64,000 nt of DNA from contig CBDCAQ010000009.1 in assembly GCA_965214005.1 (NCBI GenBank), positions 79,758 to 143,757 on the forward strand, written 5' to 3'. Each line of letters begins with the position of its first letter. The first letter of the stretch is position 1. The notes beneath the pieces are model-generated. The model worked only from the letters and a program-made list of their open reading frames with translations. It searched no databases and had not been told where the DNA came from. Positions 37,415 to 48,318 of the stretch are shown here, piece after piece. The translations under genes and the position numbers were made by a program. Origin of the DNA: Bryobacteraceae bacterium. GTDB taxonomy: Bacteria > Acidobacteriota > Terriglobia > Bryobacterales > Bryobacteraceae.

Positions 37415-40400
37415 TTAGTAGGTGTACTTGATGGAGAGCTCGAGGATGCGCCGTCCGGACTTATACGGTGCGGAGCCAAAGTCGAGGTTTACATTGTTCA
37501 AGCTTCCGAGAGATGCGGCTGATGCGGGACTGCCTACACCTCCCGTCCGCACAAAACTCAACGTGGTCTCCGTCGGGTATGTACTGTTGAAGCTGTTCAC
37601 GGCGTGATTGAGGTAATTGAACGCGGCGAGCCGAAGTTGCAAATCCTGCTTGTCATGCACCTTCACCGTTCGGCTGACCGATAGATCATTTGTCATGTAG
37701 GCGGGTCCGTGTAGGTAGGGAAGCCGATAGCTTCCGTTGGTTCCAAGCGTCAGCGGCGCCGCGAAGCATGTGCCATTGACATACTGGTGAGGCTTCAGAT
37801 TCGAGCTTGGGTCGCAGGTAACCCGCGGCATCAGCATCACGTCGGGAGTTCCCAGAAACGATGTTGGTGACAAGGAAAGCCCGTTAGATGAACCGCCAAA
37901 GCCGAAGCTCGGGCTGCCCGTCGTCACAAGGTCGGATCCACTGAGCAAATTCGTGATCCCAGCCAACTCCCAATCATTGACAACCGCCCCAGTGAAGGCG
38001 TGGAAGTGCCGCCCGGCCTGCAAACTGTAGCGGATATTGAAAATGTGTGTACGGTCGAATGATTCAGGCTGGTAGTTGTCGCGCTGATTGAACGGGTTAG
38101 TCGGGTTTCCGTTGCCGCCATCGCTTCCAAGGATCCCGAGTGCCTTCGAGAACGTGTAATTAGCGCTGAACAGTACATGGCCCGTGCGCCTGGTCCAGGA
38201 AACCTGTAGAGCGTGGTAATTCGCGTAATTCACATGCTGGGCAATCAGTAGGTTCTGGTAGGTGGGGTATTTCCTATACGCGTTGATCTGAGCCGCCTGC
38301 AACCCCGCGACCGCCGTGTAGTCGCCGTAATTGTAGGGACCACGGCTATAGAGTGCGTTCACCGGCAGCGCGTTGATGTCGTCTATATTGACGGAGCCAG
38401 TTCCACCGTTGTTCAGTAGATTGTTGGAGTAGTTGCCGACGTAGGCGATCTCTGTAGTGCTCTTCAGCGGCATTTTCTGCACCACAGACAGATTCCAGGT
38501 ATATACCTGTGGCATCTTATCGTCGCCTTGCGAGTAGCCAAAGAGCTTGCTGGCGCTTACCGTGCCCGAATTGACGGGAGCATTGGTCTGACTAATTGCC
38601 GCAAAGGTCGTGTTTACGGGTGACAGACTCTTCTGACCTTGGGCGGTGGCTACGCCCAGAGACGCATCGTTATAGCTGTCGTGGGCCGTGTAAATGCCAA
38701 ATCCCCCGCGAACAATGGTTTCGCCCTTTTTGTAAGGATCCCACGCGAACCCGACACGAGGCTCTACGAAAGCCCAGCGCGTTGCAGCGCCGGAAAGCGG
38801 AACGGTGGGGTCGATCGCATGCCACAGAAAGCCGGGCAAAGGGGAGCCCGCAGCGTCGCTGTGGTAGGCGCTGTCGCTAAACACCGGCACGCCGATATTG
38901 TGCGCGTCGCTCCATGGGGTGATGTGCTCGAAGCGGATGCCGAAATCGATGGAAAAGTTCTGTTTGATGCGCCAGTGATCCTGCGCATAGCCGGAAATAT
39001 TCCAAAAATAAAGGTTGACGGGGGGATTAATGTTGGTCTGGATGTACTGGGCGAGGTTGCCTTCTGCAAAGTTGGCCAGGTAATTTCCACCGCTGCCGCT
39101 GTTTACCGCACCAGTATCGTGAATGAGGGGACCAACCGGCAAGTTCGAGACGGGGTTAACAGGCTGATAGGTCTCCCCGTAGTAGTAGAGGGCGACGCTC
39201 CCGTTGGTGGGAATATACGATTGCAGGCCGTTGTTGCTGTCCATCTGTCCGTAAAAACCGATGCGAGCGGTGTGCGTTCCCCACTGCTTGGTTAGGTTGT
39301 CGCCGCCCGTGCGTACGAGCTTGTTGGTGAAAATCCCCTTCTCATATGTGTCTTGCCACAGCGCTAGGGGCAGGCCGAGCGCTCCGCCGTAGCCAAGCAA
39401 TTGCGGCACGGTCTGACTGCCGTTATTGTAGGCACCTGCGTACGGAAAGCCGAGCGCAGTTGTATTCAACGCGCTGGGTGTTTTGTTCGTGAACGCCACG
39501 CCCAGGAATGAGATCGCTCCGTAGAACTCATTGGTTAAGGTTGGTGAGATGATGGTGCTTATGTTGAGGGAGCCGAGTTGGGAGTCATGAGTATAATTCT
39601 CTCCTCCTCCGGGAGTATTGACACCGCCCAGCGTTGAACGCGGTGAGTAGTACGGCACCTGGGGGTTCCCCTGCAATCCGCGCTGAGTGTTGTAGACCAG
39701 GAACATATTAGTCTTGCCAATCCCGTAATCGAGCCGTCCGCGAGCCTGCCACAGATCGTTATCGATCAGGTTCGTCGTGATCCAGTTATAGGCGGTCGAC
39801 CCCGTGGGGACATTAGGCAGGGGAAGCAAATTGAGAAGCGCCTTCGATCCCGGATCGAGGGTGATCTGTCCGTTCGTTAGCGGTAAGCCGTCCACCCCGG
39901 TCACGGGCACCGGGCAGAGATGGCTGTAGGCGGAGTCACAGTTGCCTGCCGAGTGGTAGTGATTGCCGAGGTACTGCTGGATCTGTGTGGCGCTGAAGTC
40001 CCCGTTCCTCATGCCGGCGGTTGGGACCAGCGCGGTGAGCAACGCATTGCTGGCACTGCCATAAGCGTAGGAGTTCTTCTGTGCATAGTCTTCCCCGCCT
40101 ACCCAGAAGGTCAATTTCCGATTGCGGTTGAAGCTTGTGCCGGGAATCAGCACTGGGCCGCCAAGCGTTCCCCCGGGATAAATCTGACGATCTGGCGGTT
40201 TGAGCTGATGCGTAAACTTCGCAAACCAGTCTGTGGAGTTAAGCTGCGTCGTACGGGCATAAGTGTAGAGCGAACCGTGGAACGTGTTGCCTCCGGATCT
40301 CCCCACAGCGTTGATGACGATAGGGCCATGTGCGGTATCCGCCGTCATGCTGGAGGTCTGAACCTTCACCTCCGCTACTTGGTCGTAGTTCACCGCCTGG

Positions 40401-41089
40401 ATGGCGGAGCCGAAGTTGCCCGGGTCCGTGATGTCGGCGCCATCGGACAGCAGCGCGACTCCGTTCAAAGGCGTGCCGTTGCCGTGGTAGCTGCCAAGCG
40501 CCCCGCTTACGCTGACTTGCGATGGATCGTAGATAGTATTCGCTACGTTGCCGTTTCCGTTGCCTGGGGTAAAACCCGGGAGCGTCTTCAGGAGCTCCGT
40601 GACATCGCGGCCCTCAATCGCGATGTGCTTGATGTCCTCGGCGGAGATCAGCGCGCTGAGTTCGCCGGAGTCCTGATTAATCCCAGCCTGGTCCGACTCT
40701 ACGGTCACGTTGACGTCAGCTCCTGCCCCGAGCCTTAGGTCGCGCAGAACCCGCTGGTCCTGAGGATCCAGGTGTATGTTCGTCTCCGTCAGCTGATTGA
40801 AACCCGGAGCCGATATCGTTACGTTGTAGTCGCCGCTTGGGACGGCCGAAAACGAGAACACACCCTGCTCGTTGCTTCGTGACGGTCTCGCAGCGCCTGT
40901 GGCCATGTTCGTGATCACAACCTTGGCATGCGGAATCAGCGCTCCCGTGGTATCTACCACCGTGCCGGAGATTGAAGCTGTCGTTACCTGAGCCTGGAGG
41001 GCAGATGGAGCACACAACAGGGTGGCGGAGCCGAGCACAAAGCGAAGACTCGATTTTCGGAACGCTTTTATAAGATTGCCATGGAACAT
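37415..41089 (-). CDS. TonB-dependent outer-membrane receptor with carboxypeptidase-regulatory-like domain
   Basis: ATG at 41089 follows GGAGG. A signal peptide is followed by TTASISGTVVDTTGALIPHAKVVITN. The protein is about 1,220 aa and ends in LSIKYTY. Confidence 0.85.
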   Translation of the reverse strand: MFHGNLIKAFRKSSLRFVLGSATLLCAPSALQAQVTTASISGTVVDTTGALIPHAKVVITNMATGAARPSRSNEQGVFSFSAVPSGDYNVTISAPGFNQLTETNIHLDPQDQRVLRDLRLGAGADVNVTVESDQAGINQDSGELSALISAEDIKHIAIEGRDVTELLKTLPGFTPGNGNGNVANTIYDPSQVSVSGALGSYHGNGTPLNGVALLSDGADITDPGNFGSAIQAVNYDQVAEVKVQTSSMTADTAHGPIVINAVGRSGGNTFHGSLYTYARTTQLNSTDWFAKFTHQLKPPDRQIYPGGTLGGPVLIPGTSFNRNRKLTFWVGGEDYAQKNSYAYGSASNALLTALVPTAGMRNGDFSATQIQQYLGNHYHSAGNCDSAYSHLCPVPVTGVDGLPLTNGQITLDPGSKALLNLLPLPNVPTGSTAYNWITTNLIDNDLWQARGRLDYGIGKTNMFLVYNTQRGLQGNPQVPYYSPRSTLGGVNTPGGGENYTHDSQLGSLNISTIISPTLTNEFYGAISFLGVAFTNKTPSALNTTALGFPYAGAYNNGSQTVPQLLGYGGALGLPLALWQDTYEKGIFTNKLVRTGGDNLTKQWGTHTARIGFYGQMDSNNGLQSYIPTNGSVALYYYGETYQPVNPVSNLPVGPLIHDTGAVNSGSGGNYLANFAEGNLAQYIQTNINPPVNLYFWNISGYAQDHWRIKQNFSIDFGIRFEHITPWSDAHNIGVPVFSDSAYHSDAAGSPLPGFLWHAIDPTVPLSGAATRWAFVEPRVGFAWDPYKKGETIVRGGFGIYTAHDSYNDASLGVATAQGQKSLSPVNTTFAAISQTNAPVNSGTVSASKLFGYSQGDDKMPQVYTWNLSVVQKMPLKSTTEIAYVGNYSNNLLNNGGTGSVNIDDINALPVNALYSRGPYNYGDYTAVAGLQAAQINAYRKYPTYQNLLIAQHVNYANYHALQVSWTRRTGHVLFSANYTFSKALGILGSDGGNGNPTNPFNQRDNYQPESFDRTHIFNIRYSLQAGRHFHAFTGAVVNDWELAGITNLLSGSDLVTTGSPSFGFGGSSNGLSLSPTSFLGTPDVMLMPRVTCDPSSNLKPHQYVNGTCFAAPLTLGTNGSYRLPYLHGPAYMTNDLSVSRTVKVHDKQDLQLRLAAFNYLNHAVNSFNSTYPTETTLSFVRTGGVGSPASAASLGSLNNVNLDFGSAPYKSGRRILELSIKYTY

Positions 41090-41579
41090 TCTGTACAGCC
41101 TCCTGAGGTGACCCCAAAATTCGCGACGCGCAAATGGGTGACCCCACTTCGCACCGGATACTGCCTTGGTGAGATAAGACCTCACAAGTCATAAAGTGTG
41201 GTTGCACGTCGCTTTACGTGAAATCCCCCGTTTCCCGCCATTGCAGCGGGTCCGCTGTGTCAACCGGTCGGAACAGGGACAGGGTAGCGGGAGCATAGCG
41301 AAGGTTGTTCCGAGGCAGAAGAAGAAGGATGCGCGGCGGCGACTCATGAGCTGAACGTCTGCAGCAGATCATGGGCAAAAGAGCTTTGCGCCTCGCGACC
41401 AAATCGCAACCTCGGGGCGAGCGCGCATGGGGATGCGAACAGATGATTCGACTTGCCTGGTGTTGGTCACCCGGCGGAGCAAAGATTTCAGGAGGCGGCT
41501 ACCATTTCTGCTGCACAGCTGGCCATGGGAGCGCAAAACACTCAGGGTCTGTTTTGCTTATCCGGCAGCACGGTGGCGT

Positions 41580-43043
41580 TCACCTGTCCAGCAAGGCAGG
41601 TCTGGAAATAGCGAGGGATGCGACGAGTTCGCCAAACAGACTATTCGCCCAGGCGAACCACTCGCGCGAAAACTTGTCCGGATGATTGCTGTCAAAGCTC
41701 TCATGAATGAAGCCTGTACCGGCGCTCGCCCGGCTGAGCATTGCGATACAGTGGCGAATCTCCATGTCGGACTTGCTGGTAAGTGCAAAGATGATCTGCG
41801 ACATGGGCCAGATTCTGCTCCGGCCTGTATGTGGACTGCCGATGCCCTCGCCGGCCGCCCCTTGGAAGAACCAGGGATTTTCGGAACTCCAAATCAGCTT
41901 GCGCGTGCGGTCATAAATTGCGGAATCGGGAGAGCATCCCAGGTACGGCAGCGATAACAGGCTCGGAGAGTTGGCATCGTCCATCAGTACCCGGCCTCCA
42001 AAGCCGTCGACCTCATAGGCCCACACGGTGCCGGAAGGCGTTTGGACGATCGCGTATCTGCGCAGGGCCGCTTCGACCTCTGAAGCAAGGCTACCTGCCG
42101 ATTCCGCCATAGCGGGATCATGCAGCACCTTGTCGGCCATCTCCGCGAGCTGACGTAATGAAGTTACCGAAAGCAGGTTCGACGGAACCAGGAAGGGGAA
42201 TATGCATGCGTCGTCTGATGGGCGAAAGCCTGATGCGATGAGACCTGACGGGCTTACCGGATTGCCATAGCCATCGTTCGGCAGCAACTCGTTTGTGTAC
42301 AGCGATTCGCGCTGAAAGTGGTACGGTCCCGTTCCATGTTTGCGTTGCTGCGTTCTCATGGTGTCTAGCACCAGGGTCATCGCCATTTTCCACTCTGCTT
42401 GAAAGGGTCGCGTTTCTCCGGTTTGCCGCCAGAAGCCATGCGCGAGACGAATGGGGTAGCAGAGCGAGTCCAGCTCATACTTCCGCTCTCCCACGCCGGG
42501 CAGCATCATGGTCAGGTCTTTCTTCGTCCATGGCAGCGCGGGGGAGGAATCGTCGCGCGTGAAGGCGTTGGCATAAGGATCAATGAGAATGTACCGTGTC
42601 TGCCTGCGGATGACTCCTTCAATCATGTCAAGCAGACGCCGGTCCTTCATCGCGAGTGACAGGTACGGCCAGATCTGCGCGGATGAGTCACGCAGCCACA
42701 TGGCAGGAATGTCGCCGGTCACCACAAAGGTATCGGGAACTCCGTCGACTGTTTGATAATCAACGGTAGTATCAAGCGTGTTTGGATAACAGTTGCGGAA
42801 CAATCGCGCCAGCGCCGGCGTCCTTATGCGGCGGGACACGTCGTTCATAAACTCTTCGATTGCAGGACTGGTGAACTTCCGACTTCCCATTGCCGGTCTT
42901 GCTTCAGGAACCGAATCTTCAAATGTCATCTGGAGGGCACGACTTGCAGCCGAGACATGCAGGAACGATCCCGCACCAGCCAGCGCAGATGAAGTAAGAA
43001 AGCCACGGCGACTCGTTAGTTCCACCGCATCCTTTATTGCCAC
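41580..43043 (-). CDS. GH125-like (DUF1237) exo-alpha-1,6-mannosidase family protein
   Basis: A Tat-like signal (SRRGFLTSSALAGAG) is present. TGDIPAMWLRDSSAQIWPYL is the hallmark GH125 motif. The start overlaps the end of the upstream GH42-like gene by 10 nt. Confidence 0.75.
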   Translation of the reverse strand: MAIKDAVELTSRRGFLTSSALAGAGSFLHVSAASRALQMTFEDSVPEARPAMGSRKFTSPAIEEFMNDVSRRIRTPALARLFRNCYPNTLDTTVDYQTVDGVPDTFVVTGDIPAMWLRDSSAQIWPYLSLAMKDRRLLDMIEGVIRRQTRYILIDPYANAFTRDDSSPALPWTKKDLTMMLPGVGERKYELDSLCYPIRLAHGFWRQTGETRPFQAEWKMAMTLVLDTMRTQQRKHGTGPYHFQRESLYTNELLPNDGYGNPVSPSGLIASGFRPSDDACIFPFLVPSNLLSVTSLRQLAEMADKVLHDPAMAESAGSLASEVEAALRRYAIVQTPSGTVWAYEVDGFGGRVLMDDANSPSLLSLPYLGCSPDSAIYDRTRKLIWSSENPWFFQGAAGEGIGSPHTGRSRIWPMSQIIFALTSKSDMEIRHCIAMLSRASAGTGFIHESFDSNHPDKFSREWFAWANSLFGELVASLAISRPALLDR

Positions 43044-45145
43044 ATCGTCACCGCCGTCCCTCTTGCCTCGAGTTCAAACTCTGCTTCGCTGCCTTTGAGT
43101 TTGGGCCGTGGTCCCCACAAGGATTCCCCAGTAAGGCGGGCCGGGATTCTAATCGCGCACGCGGAGACTTTTGCAGTACCATTGGTGACGACTGTCAGAA
43201 AGTGGCCTTCATGTTGTAGCACACGCAGCATGCAGGGGCGCTGTGCATGGACAAAATGAAACGTCGCAGGGGTGTGCGCTGCAGGAAGGACGGATTGCAG
43301 ATAGTTGGCAAGCGGTCCAGCATTCGTCAGCCACGCACCGAGTCCAATTGGAGATGGAATCCACAAGACCTTTCCTTCTCTGGTGGTGGACCGCATGGTC
43401 GCGATGACTTCCGGCCCTTCTTCAGCGATGGGCACAGCGGAACCCGGGCCGATGGTACTCACCCACAGGCGCGATGGCAGTTTTACTTGGGGTTGGCCCA
43501 GCCCCAGGTAAGGGATCTCCGAAGTCAGGTGCACTTCCTTGAGCGATGCACCCGTAAGTCCCGCCAAAGGAAACCCTGAAAGTGACAGAGCTTCCCCATG
43601 AAGACCGTAAAAGCCGGTCAACCCGGAGACGAGCACGAAATTCCCCTGCTCTACAAATGTGCCCAATCGCTGCAGGTCAACCGTACTCAGTACACGCGCA
43701 TCTGGAACAATAACGACGCGTGGACCTTCTGCGTGGGACGTCCAGTCGTAATCGCTGATGAGCTTTACGTCAGGTGGGCCACCCAGCATGGAAAGCGCCT
43801 CGTAAAATCCGAGCGCCTCTTGAATATGAGCATCCGAGCCGCGCGCCGGATCTTCCAAGCGTCCCAATTCCGCTTCTTGGTGGAAAACAGTTTCGAATTC
43901 CATGGTGTCCAGGCTGAGTAGCAGAGTGACGTTCGACCGAACAGGCTTTGCGTGCGCAAAGAACCCGTCCCGTTGCGAGATTTCCGTGGCGATCTTTGAC
44001 GCCGTCGTTAAGCGCGCGCTCGGTTGCTGTTGAAAGTCGAGCATGGACCACTCCCCTGCCTCTACCCCCTTGCGCCGCGCATTGAGTAGCCAGTAAATAA
44101 CGCGGTCGGCACCGGCGCCGATGCTCGTCCAAGTCCACTGTGCGATGTCGTTGGCTGTCGGCTCCATCGCCTTCACGCCGCTATAAATATTGTTACCGCC
44201 CTGCAGTTCGGTCACCCAGTAGGGTTTGGGCTCAATGCTGCCCCGCACCAGGTCGTTGATAAAGGAGACGCCCAGATCATAGTGATCGCGCTGCAGCAAT
44301 CCAAAGTGCCATGCAGGGTGAATGGAGCAGCCCAGCGTGTCCAGAAAGCTGCGCCAGGCCGGGAGGTCGAATGAGAGATGAGCAAGATTGTTCGCCAGTC
44401 CCGCCGGATTCAAATGTAATGGGTGCACTCGATCGGATCGATGAACTTCATCTGCAATCCATTGAAGTCCCGCCGTCTGGTAGGTGACCCAGAAGCTGCG
44501 CCAATCAAGTTCTGCGTTGGGGTTCCAGCCATGCTCTCCCAGTTTGGGAGGTAGGACAACGCCAAAATTCTCAAACGCGCTACCCCATTCCAGATTCAAC
44601 GCCGTTATTGTTACATATCGAGCGCCCAGCCACTGCCGGAACGCGGCGTTAGCGTCAGGCGTTGGGGACGGCGGCTGTCCTGGCTCATTGACCAACAACC
44701 AGGTATCCAGCGCCTGGCTGCTCTTATACCGGTTGACAACGTTGGCAATATAGGTTGCAGCTGCTCGCTTGTTTACGTCGCTTTGAACAATCCCGGAACC
44801 CTGATTCCCGTCACCGCCACGGAAAGCCGGATAACCGCTGGGAGTGAGCGTCGCCACAATTCGCACATGGTGCTTCTCTGCGGATTGGAAGGCGGCATCA
44901 TACAACGAATAATCCCATCGCTCCGGCGCGGTCTCCAGATAGCTCCACATCAGAAAGACCCGAGCCAAAGGCATGTTCGCCTTTTCCAGCAGCGCAAACC
45001 AGTGATCGATCTCGGCGGGGGTCTGACTCGGCTCAATCCATACCTGCGCTCCGAGCACAGGCCGCTCCTGAGACTTCAAAGGAACCGCTACACACCACAA
45101 CAAGAACAGAGTAAGAAGGCCGTTTCGTGCGCGCGTGTCTATCAT
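43034..45145 (-). CDS. GH42-like beta-galactosidase family protein (family assignment tentative)
   Basis: A signal peptide is present. The N-terminal TIM-barrel region (LLEKANMPLARVFLMWSYLETAPERWDYSLYD, LLVNEPG, WVTELQGG) resembles GH42, followed by a trimerisation-like middle domain. Confidence 0.6.
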   Translation of the reverse strand: MIDTRARNGLLTLFLLWCVAVPLKSQERPVLGAQVWIEPSQTPAEIDHWFALLEKANMPLARVFLMWSYLETAPERWDYSLYDAAFQSAEKHHVRIVATLTPSGYPAFRGGDGNQGSGIVQSDVNKRAAATYIANVVNRYKSSQALDTWLLVNEPGQPPSPTPDANAAFRQWLGARYVTITALNLEWGSAFENFGVVLPPKLGEHGWNPNAELDWRSFWVTYQTAGLQWIADEVHRSDRVHPLHLNPAGLANNLAHLSFDLPAWRSFLDTLGCSIHPAWHFGLLQRDHYDLGVSFINDLVRGSIEPKPYWVTELQGGNNIYSGVKAMEPTANDIAQWTWTSIGAGADRVIYWLLNARRKGVEAGEWSMLDFQQQPSARLTTASKIATEISQRDGFFAHAKPVRSNVTLLLSLDTMEFETVFHQEAELGRLEDPARGSDAHIQEALGFYEALSMLGGPPDVKLISDYDWTSHAEGPRVVIVPDARVLSTVDLQRLGTFVEQGNFVLVSGLTGFYGLHGEALSLSGFPLAGLTGASLKEVHLTSEIPYLGLGQPQVKLPSRLWVSTIGPGSAVPIAEEGPEVIATMRSTTREGKVLWIPSPIGLGAWLTNAGPLANYLQSVLPAAHTPATFHFVHAQRPCMLRVLQHEGHFLTVVTNGTAKVSACAIRIPARLTGESLWGPRPKLKGSEAEFELEARGTAVTMWQ

Positions 45146-45438
45146 CTTATGCCTTGCTCATTCTGGTAAAGCGAGCGGATTAGCTGATCAAAATAAGAGG
45201 CAGCCGGACTGATCGGCGCTCCTGTCAGGACCCAGGCGCGGATCTACAATCTGCATCAGGTAAACATACCGGCTGGAGAAAGCACAAGTAACAAAATGTG
45301 ATTTCACGTGTATTGACGTGGATCACCTTTATTTTCAGACGCATATGACTGCATGGCTGCAAGTAACCGGTGTGTAGGGAATCAGGAAGGGCCCATCCGC
45401 CGGGATCCGGCGTTTCGACTCCAGCTATCAAAGCCTGA

Positions 45439-47577
45439 TCAGTAGGCCGCCTGCAACCGGATGTCTTCAGACGAGGAGCCCACCATTACCTGGAAGGTCC
45501 CGCTAGGCACCTTCCAATCGTGCGCCGCAACGGACCAATAGGAGAACGACCGCCTATTGAGCTCAATGGAAACAAGCTTGGACTCACCCGTCTGCAGCTC
45601 GATCTTCTTGAACCCCTTCAGTTGTCGCTCTGGCTCATCCCCTTCAGCAATGTGCGGAAACCCCAGGTAAAGCTGCACCACCTCCCCACCACTTCGTTTC
45701 CCGGTGTTGCTGACCCGTACTGTGGCCCTTGCCGGACTGGATGAGGTTGCGCGGACTACGTGCAGGTCCGAGTATTCGAATTGCGTGTACGAAAGCCCGA
45801 AGCCGAACGGAAACAGCGGCTTGACGCCGTTCGTTTGGAACCATCGGTATCCAACATTCAGGCCTTCGGTGTAGTAGACCTTGCTACGGTCGCCTGGGTA
45901 CTGCGCCGGATTGCGAGCCACCGTGTCGTTGGCTGAAGCCGGGAAACTGATGGGGAGTTTGCCTGAAGGATTCACATCGCCAAAGAGCACTCGCGCCACC
46001 GCTTGGCCATCTTCTTCGCCCGGATACCACGCTTCCAGGACAGCGTGAACCTGGCCGAGCCACGGCATGATAACTGCGGCGCCGCTCTTGAGAACAACAA
46101 TGGTCTTTGGATTGGCCGCCGACACAGCGCTGACCAGCTTGTTGTCCGAATCAGACAGCTGGATCGAGTGATCGTGATCCTCCCCCTGGTCGTCGCCGAC
46201 CATGACGATGGCGACCTCCCTCCGCTTTGCTGCCAGGACCGCCTCCTCAAGGTTGGACCCATCCAGCAGTTCGCAATCGTAGGCGTTAGAGACATGACCG
46301 GCGATGCCGTCGAATGGCTCGATGCTGTAGAAAGGGATAACGCGCGAACTGCCTCCACCCCCGCTCCGGGCCCGAACGGCGTAAGGTCCGATCACTGCAA
46401 TTGACTTGATCCGCTGGTAATCCAGGGGAAGCAGGCCATCGTCATTTTTCAAAAGCACGATGGACTGTTCGGCGATCTCCCGTGATGCCCTGCCATGGTC
46501 AAAGACCGGGATCGCAGGGGAGGCACCCTGTTTTTTGAACAGCCCGAAGTCGAACATTTTGGCAAACCGGCGAATCAGCGATCGATCGATCATAGCTTCG
46601 GAGATTAGGCCGGATTCGACCGCCTTTTTAAGCCCCGACGAAAAATAGATTCCCGACGGCATTTCCAGGTCGAGCCCCGCCTGCAAGCTGGGCACCGTGC
46701 TGTGAACCGCGCCGAAATCCGACGTCACAAAGCCATCGAACTGCCATTCCTCTCGAAGTAAACCTGTGAGGATGGGAACATTCTCGCAGTTGTACGGCCC
46801 ATTTAGGCGCGGATAGGCGCACATCACAGAAGCTACATGCGCCTCCTTTACCGCGGCCTCAAAGGCTGGCATGTAAATTTCCCGCAGAGACCGCTCCGCA
46901 ATAATCTCGTCGATGTTCATGCGATCAGTCTCTTGCTCATTCGCGAGAAAATGCTTTACGTTTGCCAGAACACCCTCAGACTGAATGCCCTTGATGTTAG
47001 CCACCGCAAGCCTGCCGGTGAGGAAGGGATCTTCGCCGTAAGTTTCAAAGGCGCGGCCGCTTTGCGGGACACGCACTATATTAATGTCCGGTGCCTCGAG
47101 CAGTTCGTTGCCCAGCGACCTCGCCTCAAGTCCCTCGATCTCCCCGAAGCGTCTTGCAAGATCCACGTCCCACGATGCCGCTAGCGCAATGGGGGAAGGC
47201 AGGGCGGTTGCGCGTAGCTGCGGCCCGGCGGCTCCCGGCCCGACACCCGCAGGACCGTTGGTGATGTGAAAAGCTGGGATATGAAGCCGCACAATTCCCG
47301 GGACCACACGATAAGAGTTCTCGTCGTGGATGCCATGCATCTGAGCAATCTTTTCGTCCAAGGTCATTTGCCTAACGATTTCGCGAGCGCGCTGAACCGA
47401 ACCGCTTCCCTGAGCACGTGCAATGACAGGGGCGAGCGCGAAACTTAGACCGATAATCAGGCCCCTTAACCCGCTGCTACCGAGCGCCAGTCGCCGGGAA
47501 CCGCCTTCCTCACCTCCCGTTGCGGACCTACGCTGACGGTAGATCTCCGGCTGATTTTGAATTTGATTTATGGCCAT
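45439..47577 (-). CDS. GH3 beta-glucosidase-like glycoside hydrolase
   Basis: MTLDEKIAQMHG, KHFLANEQETDR, VTSDFGA and a C-terminal FGFGLSYTQF. ATG at 47577 follows GGAGA and precedes a signal peptide. The ORF stays open 205 codons further upstream (see findings). Confidence 0.85.
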   Translation of the reverse strand: MAINQIQNQPEIYRQRRSATGGEEGGSRRLALGSSGLRGLIIGLSFALAPVIARAQGSGSVQRAREIVRQMTLDEKIAQMHGIHDENSYRVVPGIVRLHIPAFHITNGPAGVGPGAAGPQLRATALPSPIALAASWDVDLARRFGEIEGLEARSLGNELLEAPDINIVRVPQSGRAFETYGEDPFLTGRLAVANIKGIQSEGVLANVKHFLANEQETDRMNIDEIIAERSLREIYMPAFEAAVKEAHVASVMCAYPRLNGPYNCENVPILTGLLREEWQFDGFVTSDFGAVHSTVPSLQAGLDLEMPSGIYFSSGLKKAVESGLISEAMIDRSLIRRFAKMFDFGLFKKQGASPAIPVFDHGRASREIAEQSIVLLKNDDGLLPLDYQRIKSIAVIGPYAVRARSGGGGSSRVIPFYSIEPFDGIAGHVSNAYDCELLDGSNLEEAVLAAKRREVAIVMVGDDQGEDHDHSIQLSDSDNKLVSAVSAANPKTIVVLKSGAAVIMPWLGQVHAVLEAWYPGEEDGQAVARVLFGDVNPSGKLPISFPASANDTVARNPAQYPGDRSKVYYTEGLNVGYRWFQTNGVKPLFPFGFGLSYTQFEYSDLHVVRATSSSPARATVRVSNTGKRSGGEVVQLYLGFPHIAEGDEPERQLKGFKKIELQTGESKLVSIELNRRSFSYWSVAAHDWKVPSGTFQVMVGSSSEDIRLQAAY

Positions 47578-48318
47578 ATAGTTTTGTCTCCAGTGCTGGC
47601 TGAACGGTACAGGATCGAATGAGTCAGAGTTTTTTATGATCGACTCGAGTACACCGACCTTCGCCCAAGTCCAATTGTGGTATTCAGACGTATGCCTACA
47701 CAACGGTAGATCGAACCGTATGCGGTTCTGCACACGGATGATTGCTGGTACCTGATCGCGCTGCTGCGACCGGCAAGCAGTCCGCACCTTTCGCTTGGAT
47801 CGTGTGACCCTGCTCAAGCTCTCGCACGTTACCTTTATACGTCCGGAGAGCTTCGATGGGCGGCAATACCTGGAAGAACATCTGCCGTTTGTACAGTCCG
47901 CACACCAGATAATCTCTGGATCTATATGCCGATCGAAGAAGCGACACTCTCCTTCGTGTTGTGGCGAGTCGCAATGGAGGAAGAAGAGAGTGCAATCCGC
48001 ATACGATGCGGGCGTGGCAATCTGGAGTTCTTCGCCGCCAAGCTCCTTGGTACGGGACACCGGATTGTCGTTTATCAATCTGGGGAGTTGCAGGGAGGTT
48101 TCGGACTCTGGTTCCGAGGGCAATGCAGGCTGCAGGCGAACCACCTGAAGGATGTTCCTGCCTGGACATGCGGGAAGCGATTCTACTTTCACGTCGGCTT
48201 CTCGTTAGTATCTCAATCCAGCCGTGGTGGTGCCGGGTAGGAGCCGCAAATCAATACGGTGCGCTTCCTAGTACTTAAAAAGCGCTTCACAACCGTCGAA
48301 GCTCGACCGTTCTCCCCG

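Noticed and set aside
45298-45326. Imperfect palindrome GTGATTTCACGTG-TAT-TGACGTGGATCAC upstream of the GH42-like gene, as a possible operator
   Set aside because: It occurs once, is imperfect, and has no second copy or cognate regulator nearby. It is too weak to call without comparative data.
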